DNA of 63,577 nt, filler included, from Collodictyon triciliatum (taxonomy: Eukaryota), in the NCBI GenBank assembly GCA_043381765.1. It is 5 parts of 5 records of this genome, joined end to end, with 100 filler letters (N's around TTAATTAATTAA, not from the genome) between each part and the next. Parts side by side here need not be neighbours in the genome. Positions count along the whole stretch, not along the records: positions 50,953 to 63,577 come from JBHJMP010002134.1; 4 more parts are not named here. One strand, given 5' to 3'. A model generated the notes under the pieces. The model saw nothing but the letters and a program-made list of their open reading frames with translations. It did not search any database and was not told where the DNA came from. Numbering within the stretch: position 1 is the stretch's first letter; each line of letters opens with the position of its first letter. The position numbers were made by a program, and so were the translations under genes. Positions 62,217-63,577 of this stretch are shown in pieces.

Positions 62217-62352
62217 GGCGGTGTTTCGCTCCGTGCGTTGCTCTGGTCTGATCTATTCGTGGGTGGGGTGTTGTCACCTTTGTGGAGCGGATGTGTCCTT
62301 TTTTCTTTTCTTTTTTTTCTCCTTTTTTTTTTAAGTCGCCTTGTTTTATTGC

Positions 62353-62422
<70 letters not shown>

Positions 62423-62769
62423 CCCTTTTTTTTTTTTTTTTTTTTTTGCTTGGTGGGTTGTGGTTGGATCTTCTGCTGTGCATTCGGCCACACGCTTCTT
62501 TTATGGAGTCTGGTAGTAAGGTCAGCAATCTATTTTTTTTTCTTTCTTGAATTGTAATTGTTAGGTAAAACTGGGGTGCTTGTTTCTGCATGCCATTGTG
62601 ACAGTGCAAGTCTGGAATTGTTCTCTGAATCCAATTTTACTTATTCATACCTAATGAGGGTGATACAATATATCTGGAATTTATAAGAATCTTGTTTTTC
62701 CTCTGCATGCACATACACACACACCCATCTGCCGCTGATATATATGACACAAATGGAGGTAAGGACACA

Positions 62770-63410
62770 TAGTCAGTGACAGCGACTGTAATCCAATCTG
62801 TTTGGGCACACACGACCAAGCACTTAGTCTTGCGTTTTCATGTACGTGCGTGGTAGTTGGAGAAACAGAGAAGGAAATAGAAAAGACTTTGCGAGGGTGC
62901 AAACATCTATTGTAAACAAATAAGTAAATAAACTCACCTCTAGCATTACCACGAGAACGTATTCTTATCTCGTCTTCATGCTTATTTTGTCGTGATTTCT
63001 TGGCCATAACTTCCCCCCTTTTTTTTTTCTTTATTCAGTTCATCACACCTTCATATACTGCTCTAGAGGCATTCGCATGAGCCTGAAAAATAAATTTTAA
63101 TGTTGCCATCGTTTCAAATATATAAATGTTCTTCCTTCTTCCTTCTCATTTTCATTCAATTACACAAAGTAATGTTTGGGACAAAGCCACATGTATGTCA
63201 TCCTTATTATATTCCTATCTTCATCGACCCTTGGAGTGGCATACCCTAGTATCATCATCATAAACAAAGGAAAAAATAATCTATGCCACTTTGCTGTCCC
63301 ATTCCTTACCATTTACTGGTAATATTACCCCTTATTCACTTATCTTTTGTGCCTTAAGGAAAGTGTGAGCTGGGTGTAAGAGGCTCCGGCAATATCGGTT
63401 GCGTCCACTT
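62770..63410 (-). CDS. Possible 3' exons of an unidentified gene truncated at the window end
   Basis: Short blocks with AG/GT borders, e.g. AHANASRAVYE|VMAKKSRQNKHEDEIRIRSRGNAR. No family recognised. Confidence 0.25.
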
Positions 63411-63577
63411 TTAAAAATTTTTTTAAATGAAATAAAATACACCTCCATCGTTTCGCACAAATTGAAAAGAATAAAAATATGAAATAAAATAAAATAAAAT
63501 AAAATAAAATAAAATAAAATAAAATAAAATAAAATAAAATAAAATAAAATAAAATAAAATAAAATAAAATAAAATAA

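Overview
Intron-rich eukaryotic nuclear DNA in the standard genetic code, probably from a flagellated or amoeboid protist (inferred from FAM227, strumpellin/WASH, OGT and minor-spliceosome signals). The window is not one locus. Four identical 100-nt linkers (N44-TTAATTAATTAA-N44) split it into five scaffolds of steadily decreasing length (12654, 12641, 12630, 12627, 12625 nt), so gene neighbourhoods across linkers are meaningless. Genes reconstructed by manual splicing: SP-RING SUMO E3 ligase, two tandem formate/nitrite transporters, a Nudix fragment, O-GlcNAc transferase, two convergent secreted/GPI-anchored EEP hydrolases, ADAT3, cysteinyl-tRNA synthetase (partial), strumpellin (partial), a membrane-anchored EEP nuclease (partial), a FAM227-like protein, an EF-hand/GRAM membrane protein (partial), a full ABCA transporter and a PHO80-type cyclin. 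Most notable observations: (1) a family of ultra-short (20-50 nt) poly(A)-tailed insertions with 12-18 bp target-site duplications on all five scaffolds, linked by sequence to a decayed L1-like LINE; (2) back-to-back U12-type introns in ABCA, one with a decoy U2 acceptor; (3) an abrupt G-ending to C-ending codon switch inside one GC-rich exon; (4) identical intron positions and 21-nt micro-exons in both ABCA ATPase domains. All models were made by eye and no database searches were run.
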